Assembly: GCA_002731775.1 (NCBI GenBank)
Contig: PCCP01000082.1
Span: forward strand, 2,091 to 66,090
Length of the DNA: 64,000 bases
Source of the DNA: Gammaproteobacteria bacterium
GTDB taxonomy: Bacteria > Pseudomonadota > Gammaproteobacteria > Pseudomonadales > Pseudohongiellaceae
Direction: 5' to 3'
Shown here: positions 1 through 8,893 of the stretch, one piece after another
Numbering within the stretch: position 1 is the stretch's first letter
How the letters are laid out: every line of letters starts with the position of its first letter
Program-made: the position numbers and the translations under genes
Notes under the pieces: generated by a model
Seen by the model: only the letters and a program-made list of their open reading frames with translations
Databases searched by the model: none
Told to the model about the DNA's origin: nothing

Positions 1-1692
1 GGCTTTTAGCTCGCTGGCTCCGAGGCCGGCGCTGATGCTGCAATCTTCCAGGTTCACCCTGGCTCCATTATCCGGACAGCGATTGGAAAGCGGATCCACC
101 ACACCGCCGTCGGAACAGGCCACGTCAACCACCTGCTCCATCGCTTCGCCAGCTTCCACCCAGCCCTTGATGATCTGAACTCGCTGCAGTGGCGGACCAT
201 TGGGATCTTTCGCTACCCAGGCAATAAAGCTGGGTTGTTGATTGGCATCGCCGATCAGATCACTGCCCATCGCCACGCCACCGGCATAGGCGTTGGCGAG
301 CATGTTGCTATCGTCCAGCTGCGGCAGGTCATGACCGGCGAAGAATCTCACCTTCATGCGTGGTCCGCTGGTACCGAAAGTTTCCTTGCGGCGAAACGCA
401 TCGTAGATAGACGCGCGTGTGTTCTCTTCCGCCCATACACCCGCCAGACCGGAGGCGCCCCAGGTGTTGTAATAGGTGTCAGCATAGAGTTCACCATTGG
501 CTCGCGGCTGCGGTAGCGGCACAGACCCTCTTCTTATTCCGTCAGCATCCATTAGCCCGACCTTGCTCCAGTAATCGTCTTCATCGCCGGCATAGGTTGC
601 GTTGTGGGTGTCGCTGGAACCGATCACACCGAATTGATAGGGATTAAAGCCCTGCCCTGCCTGCATCTTTAGACCGTTGAGATAGGCTTCGCGCACGTAA
701 CTGCCTTCTACCTGGCTGGGCAAGCGGGTGGCTATCCTGAACGGCATAATTTCGAAATCGGCCCATTCATCATTCGGCGACAGCGCCGGGTGAGTGTCAG
801 ATGTGCCTTTCACCTGGGTTATTTCCACCAGCGGTTCGTTGCGCATGCGCTGGCTGGCATAGGCACTGTCCAGCGGTCTACCGGACCAATCGGTTAACAT
901 AAACATACTGCCATTGGAGCCGTTGGAATTGTGCGGGATGGCGAGACTCTCGATGCCGGCCGCGCGATTGTCATCCATCCATTGCCAGAGGCCTTCCGGA
1001 TTCTGGGAATCTAAACGTGAGAATGGCATGGCTGGCGCGATGTCGTCCCTGAAAATTACATTGCGGTGCAGATTGCCACGATCATCGGTGCTGGATGTAT
1101 ATTCGTAAGCGATAAACGTGGTGAAATTACCTGGATCGTTGTGTCGATTCGCGGCAGCCACGATATCGTCCCAGGCTGTTTTCGTGATTTGCGGGTCGCT
1201 GATTTCGCTACTGCGGGCTGAGCGCATGAATGCGCCAATGCGCTGAAATTTAGCCCTGCGATCGGCGACGCCTCCTAGGTTGGTCATGCCCTCGGCGACT
1301 TCGTGTTTGGAGATCTCGGTTGCAGGATCAGCCATCTCCCGCAACACGCCCAGGTAGAATGCGTGATCGGTGACGCCGTAAAAATCCAGCGGCACATCCA
1401 GCTTCATCTCAAAGCCTGCCGGGTGGGTTATGCTGCCACCCTTGGCGAATTCATAGCCATCATCGGGCGAAGAAGTGGTGCCGAAGATAAATGCGTCGAA
1501 TGAGTACATGGTGTGTACGTGCAGATCACCGAAATAGGCATTTCGCTCGGAGTTGAATTCAGAATTGGTTTCAGCTGCAGTCGCTACCACAGCATCTGGC
1601 GTCGACTCGCTGGCAACCGGCTCCGGAGGCGTATTGTCGGAACACGCTGCAAGTATCAGGAGTAGTGGGGATAACCGAATGAGGGTTCGCAT
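1..1692 (-). CDS. DUF3604-like metal-dependent (PHP-type) lipoprotein; C-terminal part lies outside the window
   Basis: Hand translation of minus strand from ATG 1692-1690: MRTLIRLSPLLLILAACSD (lipobox) ... ERNAYFGDLHVHTMYSFDAF. Frame stays open to nt 1 (spot-checked at 960, 540, 60). Absent from the ORF track because it has no in-window stop. Confidence 0.7.
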   Translation of the reverse strand, partial: MRTLIRLSPLLLILAACSDNTPPEPVASESTPDAVVATAAETNSEFNSERNAYFGDLHVHTMYSFDAFIFGTTSSPDDGYEFAKGGSITHPAGFEMKLDVPLDFYGVTDHAFYLGVLREMADPATEISKHEVAEGMTNLGGVADRRAKFQRIGAFMRSARSSEISDPQITKTAWDDIVAAANRHNDPGNFTTFIAYEYTSSTDDRGNLHRNVIFRDDIAPAMPFSRLDSQNPEGLWQWMDDNRAAGIESLAIPHNSNGSNGSMFMLTDWSGRPLDSAYASQRMRNEPLVEITQVKGTSDTHPALSPNDEWADFEIMPFRIATRLPSQVEGSYVREAYLNGLKMQAGQGFNPYQFGVIGSSDTHNATYAGDEDDYWSKVGLMDADGIRRGSVPLPQPRANGELYADTYYNTWGASGLAGVWAEENTRASIYDAFRRKETFGTSGPRMKVRFFAGHDLPQLDDSNMLANAYAGGVAMGSDLIGDANQQPSFIAWVAKDPNGPPLQRVQIIKGWVEAGEAMEQVVDVACSDGGVVDPLSNRCPDNGARVNLEDCSISAGLGASELKA

Positions 1693-1776
1693 AGTTCAAT
1701 ACCTTGTTTTTATAAATCAGTTATTGGGCGATTCGACCAAGAATAGTCACACTACACGCAGATGTCCAAGTAAAAA

Positions 1777-1796
1777 AAAATGGGGGACAGACCGAT
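1777..1796. repeat. R2-type half-site (GGGACAGACC arm)
   Basis: AAAATGGGGGACAGACCGAT in the divergent gap between the DUF3604 and RidA genes. Confidence 0.6.
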
Positions 1797-1862
1797 TATG
1801 CTAGACCCCGGAGAATTATCGGTTTAGCTTAAATCCCTCTGCCACTAACAAAGAGACATGGC

Positions 1863-3083
1863 ATGAAACTCTACACCACCATGACAAGCCTGGTGCTGGT
1901 GCTTGTACTCAATAGTAGCCCGGTTCACGCCCAACACCCCGATACCCAATTCATCGACCCGTCTGGCGGATTCACCCAGGTAGTCAGCACTTCAGACCAT
2001 GGCGTCAAGACGATCTATGTGTCAGGCCAGGTCGGCTCAGGCGAAGATTTCAAAGCCCATGTCGAAAGCGCATTTTCCGCTGTGGTAAGTCGACTCGAGA
2101 GTGCCGGCGCTAGCGTCGACGACGTGGTGAAGATCCGCATCTTCGTCGCAGACTTCGATCCGGCACAGTATGCGGTAATCCGCGAAACAAGGCTGCGCAC
2201 CTTCAATGAAGATGCGTGGCCTACAAGTACCATGGTGGGCGTGGAGTCATTGTTCGCCGCTGAGATGCGGATCGAGATCGAGGCAGTCGCGGTGATAGCG
2301 GATCCCGATGTCCCTGGCGCACGGGTAACGATAGAGCGCATAGGACCATCGAATGGTTTCAACCAGTCTGTAGTGGTGACAGCCAACGGCAGCAGGATAA
2401 TCTATATCTCCGGCCATGTTGGCCAGGGCGAGACACTGGCCGAGCAGTCGGCTTCGATGATGGCGACAATAGCCCAACGCTTGCAGGCGGCCGGTGCCGG
2501 GGTTGACGATCTGGTTAAGATCGTTACCTACATCACCGACTATACGAGGGCAGACGCCTCTATATTCGGCGCAGCCAGAAACGAGGCATTCGGTACTGAA
2601 AATCCGCCAGCCAGTACTCTGCTCGGAGTACAGTCCCTGGTTAGGGATCAATACCGGATCGAAATGGACGCCGTAGCCGTAGTGAGTGATAGTAACAATG
2701 GCGACTTTGAAACCGAGTTCATCGATGTCAACGCCAGCTACACCCAGGCAATAACAACACAGGGAAGCGGTGCGAAAAGGATCACCCTGTCCGGCCAGGT
2801 GGGTAACCCGGATGACGATCTTCAGACCCAGGCCAACCAGGTCTACGCCAATCTGCGGCGGCGCCTGGAAGCCGCGGGGGCCAGCCCCGCCGACCTGCTT
2901 AAGCTGACGATATACATGAATAATTATCAACCCGGCGATGCGTCAGTTCTCGCTATCGCTCGACAGAATAATGGATTTAACCCCGACAATCTCCCGGCTA
3001 CAACCCTGATCGGTGTCCAATCGCTGTACTCCAATGAAGCGCTCATCGAGATCGAAGGGGAGGCGGTGGTAACGGGTAGATAG
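1863..3083 (+). CDS. secreted protein made of three tandem YjgF/UK114 (RidA-like) domains
   Basis: 406-aa ORF with signal peptide MKLYTTMTSLVLVLVLNSSPVHA. Three ~125-aa units each carry RidA-type blocks: KTIYVSGQVG..VVKIRIFV..RIEIEAVAV; RIIYISGHVGQG..LVKIVTYI..RIEMDAVAVV; KRITLSGQVG..LLKLTIYM..LIEIEGEAVV. Confidence 0.85.
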   Translation: MKLYTTMTSLVLVLVLNSSPVHAQHPDTQFIDPSGGFTQVVSTSDHGVKTIYVSGQVGSGEDFKAHVESAFSAVVSRLESAGASVDDVVKIRIFVADFDPAQYAVIRETRLRTFNEDAWPTSTMVGVESLFAAEMRIEIEAVAVIADPDVPGARVTIERIGPSNGFNQSVVVTANGSRIIYISGHVGQGETLAEQSASMMATIAQRLQAAGAGVDDLVKIVTYITDYTRADASIFGAARNEAFGTENPPASTLLGVQSLVRDQYRIEMDAVAVVSDSNNGDFETEFIDVNASYTQAITTQGSGAKRITLSGQVGNPDDDLQTQANQVYANLRRRLEAAGASPADLLKLTIYMNNYQPGDASVLAIARQNNGFNPDNLPATTLIGVQSLYSNEALIEIEGEAVVTGR

Positions 3084-3128
3084 GGACTGATTCTTTTTTT
3101 CCGAAGAAAAATAAATCTGTCCTTTATT
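3081..3128. repeat. R1-type palindromic element
   Basis: TAGGGACTGATTCTTTTTTTCCGAAGAAAAATAAATCTGTCCTTTATT. Its first TAG is the stop of 1863..3083. Confidence 0.85.
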
Positions 3129-3146
3129 AAGACAGGAGAAATTATC

Positions 3147-5147
3147 TTGAATAATCGATTCAGATTACGCGTAATCGCTTTAACGGGTCTGCTGTTTACG
3201 GGCTTGGCCCTGATCAGCAGCACGATTCTAGCCCAGCAGGGCGCTACCGATGGTGAATGGCGCAGCTACGCCGGCGGCACAGGCAGCTCCAAGTACACGG
3301 CGTTGGACCAGATCGATGCCGACAACGTCGAAAACCTGCGTGTCGCCTGGCAGTGGCAATCGGTGGATGGGCGCTTCGATCTGCAGCAGCTGACGCAGGA
3401 ATATCCAAACCTGCGGGTTGCCAACGACGTCGATGTCGTGCGCATAGCCAACCTCAAGGCGACGCCGCTAATGGTGGGCGGCGTTCTCTATATCTCCACC
3501 CCTTTATCCCAGATCGCGGCGATCGAGGCTGCCACCGGCGAAACTCTCTGGACCCATGATCCGCGCGCCTATGCCTCTGGCATTCCCACCATGATGCTGG
3601 GCTTCAGTAACCGCGGCCTGGCCTATTGGAGCGACGGTGAACAGGGGCGGTTAATCATGGGTACCGGCGACGCCTTCCTGGTCGCGCTGGATACCAACAG
3701 TGGAGAACCGATTCCAGGTTTCGGCACTGACGGCCGGGTCGACCTGGTAGTCGGCATACCCAGGGCCCGCAGATCCCCGGCGCCGATAAATTACTCCATT
3801 ACCTCGGCCCCCACTGTGTGCGGGGACGTGATTGTTGTGGGCTCCGCGGTCTCAGACCAGCCCTACCTGCGCGAGGCGCCCCCGGGATATGTGCGCGGCT
3901 TCGATGCCCGCAGCGGCGAGCTGCTGTGGACCTTTCACACCATCCCCCAACCGGGAGAGTATGGTCACGAAACCTGGCTTGATGATTCCTGGCAGTACAC
4001 CGGCAACGTCAACGTCTGGACCATGATGAGCGCCGATGAAGAGCTCGGCTATGTCTACCTGCCAATTGGCAACGCCACCAACGATCACTATGGTGGGCAT
4101 CGGCCCGGAAATCATCTGTTCGCCAATTCACTGGTGGCCCTGGATTGCACCACGGGTGAGCGGGTGTGGCACTTCCAGATGGTACATCACGATCTTTGGG
4201 ACTACGATCCGCCGGCTGCTCCCAACCTCATCGACATCACCGTGGACGGAAGGGCCATCAAAGCCGTCGCCCAGGTGACCAAGCATGCCTTTACTTTTGT
4301 GTTCGATCGCGAGACCGGCGAACCGGTGTGGCCAATCGAAGAGCGACCAGTTGCCGCCTCCGATGTGCCGGGTGAGTGGACTTCTGAGACCCAACCCTTT
4401 CCTACCAAGCCGCCTGCCTATGATCTTCAGGGAGTCACTGTCGATGATCTTATCGAATTCACCCCCGAGCTGCGGGCCGAGGCCATCGAGATTCTGGCGA
4501 CTTATCGAAGCGGACCCATTTTTATACCGCCTTCTCTTATCGAAGACGGGCCGGACGGCACCCAGGGCACCATCGAAATGCCAGGCTACACCGGCGGTAC
4601 CAACTGGAATGGCGCGGCCATAGATCCGGAAACCGGCATTCTGTATGTGGCTTCTAGTACCTCACCGATTATTCCGCTGCTGGTGGTACCGGAGGAGGAA
4701 AACGCCACCCTTCGCTACGCCCGTGGCCCCATGCGCCCGCCCCAAGGGCCCGCGGGATTGCCTCTGTTCAAGCCGCCCTATGGCAGGATCACCGCCATCG
4801 ACCTCAACCGGGGAGAGATTATCTGGCAACGAGCCAATGGCATCGGTCCGCCGCGGGTGCGGGATCATCCAAGATTGGAGGGTCTGGAGTTGCCACCGCT
4901 AGGTGGAAACAGGGACCAGTTACTGGTCACCCAGACACTGCTGTTCTCGGGTCAGCAACAACCGAATGCAGATGGAACTTACCTGTTAACCGCCCGTGAC
5001 AAGGCCACCGGCGATGTCCTGGCAGAAATCCCATTGCCCGGAAGGGCGATAGGAGCACCGATGAGCTACATGGTCGGCGGCAGGCAATACATCGCTGTTA
5101 CCGTGCAGGGTGATATACCCCAGCTGGTTGCATTGGCGCTGGATTAA
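3147..5147 (+). CDS. PQQ-dependent quinoprotein dehydrogenase (glucose/alcohol dehydrogenase-type beta-propeller), exported
   Basis: 666-aa ORF, TTG start, signal peptide. Motifs WRSYAGGTGSSKYTALDQI, GERVWHFQMVHHDLWDYD, TGEPVWPIEE, PPYGRITAIDLNRGE. Clear paralog of 61935..63875. Confidence 0.85.
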   Translation: MNNRFRLRVIALTGLLFTGLALISSTILAQQGATDGEWRSYAGGTGSSKYTALDQIDADNVENLRVAWQWQSVDGRFDLQQLTQEYPNLRVANDVDVVRIANLKATPLMVGGVLYISTPLSQIAAIEAATGETLWTHDPRAYASGIPTMMLGFSNRGLAYWSDGEQGRLIMGTGDAFLVALDTNSGEPIPGFGTDGRVDLVVGIPRARRSPAPINYSITSAPTVCGDVIVVGSAVSDQPYLREAPPGYVRGFDARSGELLWTFHTIPQPGEYGHETWLDDSWQYTGNVNVWTMMSADEELGYVYLPIGNATNDHYGGHRPGNHLFANSLVALDCTTGERVWHFQMVHHDLWDYDPPAAPNLIDITVDGRAIKAVAQVTKHAFTFVFDRETGEPVWPIEERPVAASDVPGEWTSETQPFPTKPPAYDLQGVTVDDLIEFTPELRAEAIEILATYRSGPIFIPPSLIEDGPDGTQGTIEMPGYTGGTNWNGAAIDPETGILYVASSTSPIIPLLVVPEEENATLRYARGPMRPPQGPAGLPLFKPPYGRITAIDLNRGEIIWQRANGIGPPRVRDHPRLEGLELPPLGGNRDQLLVTQTLLFSGQQQPNADGTYLLTARDKATGDVLAEIPLPGRAIGAPMSYMVGGRQYIAVTVQGDIPQLVALALD

Positions 5148-5187
5148 AAATAGGAATTCCTGTTTTTGGGGAGGCGGTCGTGGCGGG

Positions 5188-5238
5188 TAAATAGGGACTG
5201 ATTCTTTTTTTCCGAAGGAAAAATAAATCTGTCCCTAT
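5188..5238. repeat. R1-type palindromic element (near-identical copy of 3081-3128, same orientation)
   Basis: TAAATAGGGACTGATTCTTTTTTTCCGAAGGAAAAATAAATCTGTCCCTAT. Confidence 0.85.
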
Positions 5239-5243
5239 GTATC

Positions 5244-5717
5244 TCAGTTGCGACGATGCCTGCGCCGGTTATCTCTGCGATCCCTGCGATCCCAACCCGA
5301 GAAAGCATTGCGCCATCGATCATTTGAATAGCGATGACCACCGTGCCCGACTTCATCCCAGTCGTAGCCATTCCAGAAGAATTGCTCGCCACGATTATCC
5401 ACCACCCAGGGCTGATCATAGGTACCGCCTATCTGCACCGCACCGCCGGAAGCTCGGCTCCAATTGTAGCCATTCCAGCGATAGATGTCGTAACCTCCTC
5501 TCCTGCGATCGGTGCCGATGACCCAGCCGTCACCCACATCTGTTGCGCTACCGGGCATGCGTCTCCAGCCACGACCATCCCAACGGTAGATTCCATAATG
5601 ATCATAACCATTACCGAGTCGCCAACCGCCACTGTGATCGAGATCCCTGGCGCTGGCAGCAACTGCGAATCCAAGCACGCAGACTGCCAGAACAGCTTTG
5701 AAGAATGAATTTGTCAT
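5244..5717 (-). CDS. small secreted protein with tectonin-like (Y/F)(R/F)WxGxxW repeats and an Arg/Asp-rich tail
   Basis: Start moved to ATG 5717 (MTNSFFKAVLAVCVLGFAVAASA signal). Repeats IYRWDGRGWRRMPG / IYRWNGYNWSRASG / FFWNGYDWDEV. Tail DRRDRRDNRRRHRRN. Confidence 0.6.
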   Translation of the reverse strand: MTNSFFKAVLAVCVLGFAVAASARDLDHSGGWRLGNGYDHYGIYRWDGRGWRRMPGSATDVGDGWVIGTDRRRGGYDIYRWNGYNWSRASGGAVQIGGTYDQPWVVDNRGEQFFWNGYDWDEVGHGGHRYSNDRWRNAFSGWDRRDRRDNRRRHRRN

Positions 5718-5850
5718 TAGCGAATCCTCCGTTGTGTAACACTTACAATGAACTTTTTCGTTCATGGCAGGCACAGTTTCAACCAGGCCCCCTGAATAGG
5801 AACTGAATCGCAAATGAAATAGCGGATACACTGTGTCTTCAGATTTTTCC

Positions 5851-5875
5851 AAAAAACGGGGTCTGTCCCCTATTT
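5851..5875. repeat. R2-type half-site (reverse orientation)
   Basis: AAAAAACGGGGTCTGTCCCCTATTT. Confidence 0.7.
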
Positions 5876-5985
5876 CCTGCAACAGGAAACAATAGACTTG
5901 AGCAGGGATAGCTTTTAGTCTGGTTAACCTAGGTCACTGACCCACGAGCTCGACTACCAGTGGTGACCACTCGGGAGGACCAGAC

Positions 5986-8070
5986 ATGGCCAAGAAGCGC
6001 GAGAAAAAACAGGAGGATCCAAAACTCCAAAACAAGGATGGTCTGAGCCGACGAGATTTCGTCAAGACCGGCGCCGTCGCCGGGCTAGGGGCGGCCGCAC
6101 TGTTTGAGTCGGGCGGGACGCGGGCGCAAGGTGCCACGACGGGTGCCGAAGGCATGGCCTGGGACTACGAAGTGGATGTTGTCATCGCCGGTGGCGGCTG
6201 TGCAGGCCTGACTGCAGCCATTCGCGCCAGGGATCTCGGCGCCACTGTGCTGGTCATCGATCAGAATTTTGACGTCGGCGGCAGGATGTTGCACAGCGGC
6301 GCCCGGGTGTCGCTCGGCGGAGGCGATCCAGTTCAGCATAGGGACATGAAGGGCGAGAGCGACAAAGAGGGGTTCGTCACCGTAGATTCCTTCGAGAACC
6401 CGGAAGAGCTCGATGACAACATCGACTTGCTGTTCACGGACATCACCGACTGGTCAGTGGTCGACCCCAAAGCACAGAGCCCTTACCGATATAACGATAG
6501 AGAGCTGGTGCGGGCCTGGGCCGAGAACTGTCCGGCCACCCGGCAATTCCTTATAGACAACTATGTCCGCTTCACGCGGATCAGCGGCACCCACGGCGGC
6601 GGCGGCTTGTCCCGCGCCAGGGCGGCTCGCTGCTTCCTCATGCTCGGTGACAAGACAGACATGAAGGCGGGAACCATCACCGCAGAAGATGCAGGCCGCG
6701 TCGATCTCGAACGCAGCAGCGCCTTCGCACCGGTGCAGATGACAAACGCCAGCCGCGATGTCGGACCCAACGCCGTCGGTAACGGTGTGGCCCTGGCCCG
6801 GCCGCTGGAGTTCTCAGCGCGGGAGAAAGGCGTCGAGTTCATGCTACACCGCAGTTTTGACGAGCTGGTACGCGAGCAGCCTTTCTCCGGCAGAATTCTT
6901 GGTATCACCGCCCACTATTCGCCGCGGCAACATCCGGAGACTGGCGAGCTTCTGCAGAGCTACTGGCGCAACGGCAATATCGATGAGCGCCAGCAGACGG
7001 TGAACATCAGGGCCCGCCAGGCTGTCATCCTTGCCAGCGGCGGCCACGCCGGCAATCCGGAAGTACGCAGCATGTTCTACCCTGCGTTTCGGGAACCCGC
7101 CTTCCCCACCAGCGGTGTCGCCTTGCAGGGCCCCCAGGGTCAGGACGCAGCTGCCCTCAGAGCCGGCTTGCGGGTAGGCGCCAACCTGGCGGGGATGCAG
7201 CAGAATCTCTCCTATGGCACCACGTTCCACATCTCCACACGCCTGGGCACACGGGATGCCTATACCACCATGATGCCCGGACACCCGACGTTCGGTTTCC
7301 GCGGTTCCGCCGGGGTCAATGTCGGCAACGCCGGCTTCGAAGATTTCATCGCCGTGAACCAGGTCGGCAAGCGTTTCTTCAGCGAGGTCCGCCTTCCCCG
7401 CAGGCCCGGCGTAAATAGCTACCCGGGGGACCGGGGCGCACCGGGCCAGGGGCTTGAGCACACGCCGCTGGACTGGCGTAATTGCCGCAAGGAATGGGTC
7501 AGGCAGATGTATAACTACGACCACGGCCTCGATGCCGCACTGGCAATGAACGAGGGGTCGAAACCACCACACTACTACTCGGGGCCGTTGTGGGCGATCT
7601 TCGATGAGGATGCGATCGAGCGTACGGGCTGGGAACTGCGCTACCCCTATGTGGCGGACAACGGCTACTTCTTCAAGGCCGATACCATCGAGGACTTGGC
7701 CATCAAGATAGCCAAGGGCAATGAGTTCCAGCGGGTGCCACTGGAGTACCTGGCCGAGACAGTGTCCACCTGGAACGGCTACGTGGAAGCCGGCACCGAT
7801 CCCGATTTCGAGCGCGAGGTGGATGCACCCATGAACCGCATCGCGACGCCGCCCTTCTATGCACTCTCGATCATGATTATCTGGCACGATTCCTATGGTG
7901 GCCTGCGGGTCAACGGCAAGCAACAGGTGGTGGACATGCAGGGCGAGGTCATTCCGGGTCTCTATGCTGGCGGCGAGGCCGTGGGTGGCTTCAACAAACA
8001 TGGCCTGGGCAAGGGCCACGTCCATGGCTACATTGCCGGCACCCATGCTGCCGAAGAGTCGGGTAGCTAA
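5986..8070 (+). CDS. Tat-exported FAD-dependent oxidoreductase (FAD_binding_2 / fumarate-reductase-flavoprotein-like)
   Basis: 694 aa. Twin-arginine leader LSRRDFVKTGAVAGLGAAAL. Dinucleotide fold DVVIAGGGCAGLTAAIRARDLGATVLVIDQ. C-terminal GLYAGGEAVGG. Confidence 0.8.
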   Translation: MAKKREKKQEDPKLQNKDGLSRRDFVKTGAVAGLGAAALFESGGTRAQGATTGAEGMAWDYEVDVVIAGGGCAGLTAAIRARDLGATVLVIDQNFDVGGRMLHSGARVSLGGGDPVQHRDMKGESDKEGFVTVDSFENPEELDDNIDLLFTDITDWSVVDPKAQSPYRYNDRELVRAWAENCPATRQFLIDNYVRFTRISGTHGGGGLSRARAARCFLMLGDKTDMKAGTITAEDAGRVDLERSSAFAPVQMTNASRDVGPNAVGNGVALARPLEFSAREKGVEFMLHRSFDELVREQPFSGRILGITAHYSPRQHPETGELLQSYWRNGNIDERQQTVNIRARQAVILASGGHAGNPEVRSMFYPAFREPAFPTSGVALQGPQGQDAAALRAGLRVGANLAGMQQNLSYGTTFHISTRLGTRDAYTTMMPGHPTFGFRGSAGVNVGNAGFEDFIAVNQVGKRFFSEVRLPRRPGVNSYPGDRGAPGQGLEHTPLDWRNCRKEWVRQMYNYDHGLDAALAMNEGSKPPHYYSGPLWAIFDEDAIERTGWELRYPYVADNGYFFKADTIEDLAIKIAKGNEFQRVPLEYLAETVSTWNGYVEAGTDPDFEREVDAPMNRIATPPFYALSIMIIWHDSYGGLRVNGKQQVVDMQGEVIPGLYAGGEAVGGFNKHGLGKGHVHGYIAGTHAAEESGS

Positions 8071-8125
8071 TCGTGAGATTGATAGCGGCTGTGAGTCAGA
8101 CTCCCGAGGGTGAACTTCACCTGCC

Positions 8126-8776
8126 ATGGCTATAGAAAACGAGATGTCGCCAAAAACCGGCGATTGTAATGTCGAGCGCCATAGCACTCGTATCGTGGTA
8201 TGGGACCTGCCGTCAGCCGTCGAGCGTAGCAATAAGTTCAGGGTCAAGTTCGGGGTCAAATGCTCCAACGAGTGCCGACCGAACGGCTGGGTGCTCGAGG
8301 TCAGCGACAACGATGGCAACAAGTTGGCCGGTGCCACACTCAGCGATGAAGTCTGGCCCGACACCACCGCCCTTTACTATACCGAAGTGGAGCTGACTGC
8401 CCCCGACTCAGAGGGCCTTCATGCCTGGGAAGCGAAAGTTCCCGCGACCGAGCAGGATATTCCCCACGGCGAGGGTGTCGCCAGTTTCAATGTGAGAGTG
8501 GTTGCTACTCCCGAGTACATCTTGACGATCGAAGCCATCGATCGGGAAACTCAATCCCCTGTGGAAGGCACCAGGGTCGTCGTCCATCCCTACCGAGCCT
8601 TCACGGACGAGCGAGGCCTGGTGCAGGTGAAGGTGCCGAAGGGTAAATACAGACTCTTTGTTTCCGGCAAGAATTATTTCCCATTTCGCAGCGACAAGGA
8701 AGTGAATGCGGACATGACCGTCCGGGCGGAGCTTACTATGGACCAGGAGCTCTCGGATGCCGATGTCTATTCTTGA
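8126..8776 (+). CDS. hypothetical protein with C-terminal carboxypeptidase-regulatory-like beta-sandwich
   Basis: 216-aa ORF 55 nt after the flavoprotein gene. Segment TRVVVHPYRAFTDERGLVQVKVPKGKYRLFVSGKNYFPF resembles CarboxypepD_reg domains. No signal peptide. Confidence 0.5.
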   Translation: MAIENEMSPKTGDCNVERHSTRIVVWDLPSAVERSNKFRVKFGVKCSNECRPNGWVLEVSDNDGNKLAGATLSDEVWPDTTALYYTEVELTAPDSEGLHAWEAKVPATEQDIPHGEGVASFNVRVVATPEYILTIEAIDRETQSPVEGTRVVVHPYRAFTDERGLVQVKVPKGKYRLFVSGKNYFPFRSDKEVNADMTVRAELTMDQELSDADVYS

Positions 8777-8803
8777 TCGCCGACGGAAACGGAAACGTGG
8801 AAA

Positions 8804-8882
8804 ATGTGGGGTCAGAGTAAAATCTATTTGTAGAATTTCAATTGAAAGCATAGATAGTGAAATAGTTTTTACTCTGACCGCT
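8804..8882. repeat. R4-type palindromic element
   Basis: Arms GGGGTCAGAGTAAAA (8808-8822) and TTTTTACTCTGACCG (8866-8880). The right arm abuts the GGAGG RBS of 8894..9340. Confidence 0.8.
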
Positions 8883-8893
8883 TTGGAGGCTCG

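Noticed and set aside
3147-5147. A complete PQQ system, meaning pqqA-E biosynthesis genes near the three PQQ-dependent dehydrogenases.
   Set aside because: No pqq biosynthesis genes are present in this window, so nothing can be said about cofactor supply.
6844-8367. 507-aa ORF on the minus strand, antisense to the FAD oxidoreductase gene.
   Set aside because: It lies entirely inside a well-supported plus-strand CDS with clear family motifs. The translation is Arg/Ala/Gly/Pro-rich and low in complexity, as is typical of antisense frames in GC-rich genes. The same applies to 2247-2930, 23263-24189, 56050-56781, 60236-60841, 60857-61381 and 62637-63569.
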